From an uncultured archaeon (lineage in GTDB: Archaea > Aenigmatarchaeota > Aenigmatarchaeia > Aenigmatarchaeales > SZUA-1535), in NCBI GenBank assembly GCA_964594175.1, contig CAZQLM010000001.1, positions 1 through 33,025 of the forward strand: 33,025 nt of DNA. The letters are read 5' to 3'. The notes under the pieces are model-generated. The model searched no databases, was not told where the DNA came from, and saw nothing but the letters and a program-made list of their open reading frames with translations. Below are positions 32,797-33,025 of this stretch, in pieces (position 1 is the first letter of the stretch; each line of letters begins with the position of its first letter). Position numbers and translations under genes: made by a program.

Positions 32797-32842
32797 ATCT
32801 CTGGCTCGGATGGGTTGATAAGGGCGGGGAAGGCGCCCTTAT
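32797..32842 (-). other. Putative intron 2 of tRNA-Tyr (T-loop, about position 59/60)
   Basis: 46 nt lie between TTCAAA and T-CCGGC. The intron starts with ATAAGGGCG, which pairs with CGCCCTTAT to form a 9-bp hairpin. The boundary is ambiguous by 1-2 nt. Confidence 0.6.
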
Positions 32843-32864
32843 TTTGAACCGGCGGCCTGACGGT

Positions 32865-32907
32865 TTCTTTGCGAGCGCAGGCTACGAAACCGCGCAAAAG
32901 CGCAGCC
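32865..32907 (-). other. Putative intron 1 of tRNA-Tyr (canonical 37/38 region)
   Basis: 43 nt lie between anticodon-loop CTGTAG and A-CCGTC. The anticodon GTA is retained for every placement that restores a 7-nt loop. There is an internal hairpin CTGCGC-TTTT-GCGCGG. Confidence 0.6.
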
Positions 32908-32969
32908 CTACAGCCGTCCGCTCTTCCAGACTGAGCTACCGCGGGATATAAATTTGAAGTGAAGAAGGG

Positions 32970-32977
32970 TATTTAAA
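32970..32977 (-). promoter_or_regulatory. TATA box for tRNA-Tyr
   Basis: On the minus strand TTTAAATA ends 24-25 nt upstream of the mature tRNA 5' end at 32945. Both the sequence and the spacing are canonical for an archaeal box A. Confidence 0.55.
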
Positions 32978-33025
32978 TTTTTAATCTAGGTGAGTTGAGT
33001 TGATATGCTCAATCCTCTATATATG

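Larger units (their letters stand above)
32780..32945 (-). tRNA. tRNA-Tyr (anticodon GUA) with two introns (anticodon loop ~43 nt, T-loop ~46 nt), CCA encoded
   Basis: Minus-strand read: CCCGCGG-TA-GCTC-AGTCTGGAA-GAGC-G-GACGG-CTGTAG-[43 nt]-A-CCGTC-AGGCC-GCCGG-TTCAAA-[46 nt]-T-CCGGC-CCGCGGG-A-CCA. It has C1-G72 and A73, as in archaeal tRNA-Tyr, and every stem pairs perfectly. Confidence 0.8.

Noticed and set aside
1-33025. A window-wide search for CRISPR arrays, transposases or integrases, restriction-modification genes and known defence genes.
   Set aside because: I saw no direct-repeat/spacer periodicity and none of these protein families in any frame. The accessory content is limited to surface or pilus genes and a few decayed small ORFs.

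Overview
This is an AT-rich archaeal chromosomal segment. Evidence: a group II chaperonin, FtsZ, archaeal-type GlyRS/PheRS/CysRS, mevalonate kinase, BRE/TATA promoters, and starts that are either GGTGA Shine-Dalgarno-led or leaderless. Glu/Lys/Ile-rich proteins and almost all-GC tRNA stems suggest a thermophile. Short aaRS genes and several decayed small genes suggest a reduced, possibly DPANN-like genome; the lineage is inference only. Most of the window is housekeeping, and I saw no CRISPR array, transposase, integrase or recognisable defence gene.

What stands out:
1. **Pilus module (1988-7668).** A compact six-gene Epd/Tad-like type IV pilus module: a secretion ATPase, two separate TadB/TadC-like membrane proteins, and three proteins with pilin-like N-termini.
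2. **Three tRNA genes invisible to the ORF track.**
   - tRNA-Phe(GAA).
   - tRNA-Cys(GCA), with a ~33-nt intron inside the T-loop. Its 3' part overlaps the start of a ThiI-like gene in a tRNA-Cys > thiI-like > cysS array.
   - tRNA-Tyr(GUA), with two introns: one in the anticodon loop and one in the T-loop. The two T-loop introns share a 5' motif.
3. **C/D box sRNA.** A textbook archaeal C/D box sRNA lies just upstream of pheS.
4. **Two unusual surface proteins.** One is a ~1200-aa membrane-anchored protein dense in N-glycosylation sequons. The other is a 443-aa secreted Asp/Cys-rich protein.
5. **Three small genes that look disrupted.** These are an HExxH ORF split at a T6 run, a metzincin core lacking its N-terminal half, and a split small ORF upstream of the sRNA.

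I did not find a convincing new multi-gene system beyond the pilus module. The intron-containing tRNA overlapping a coding start is the most unusual thing I can support directly from the sequence.
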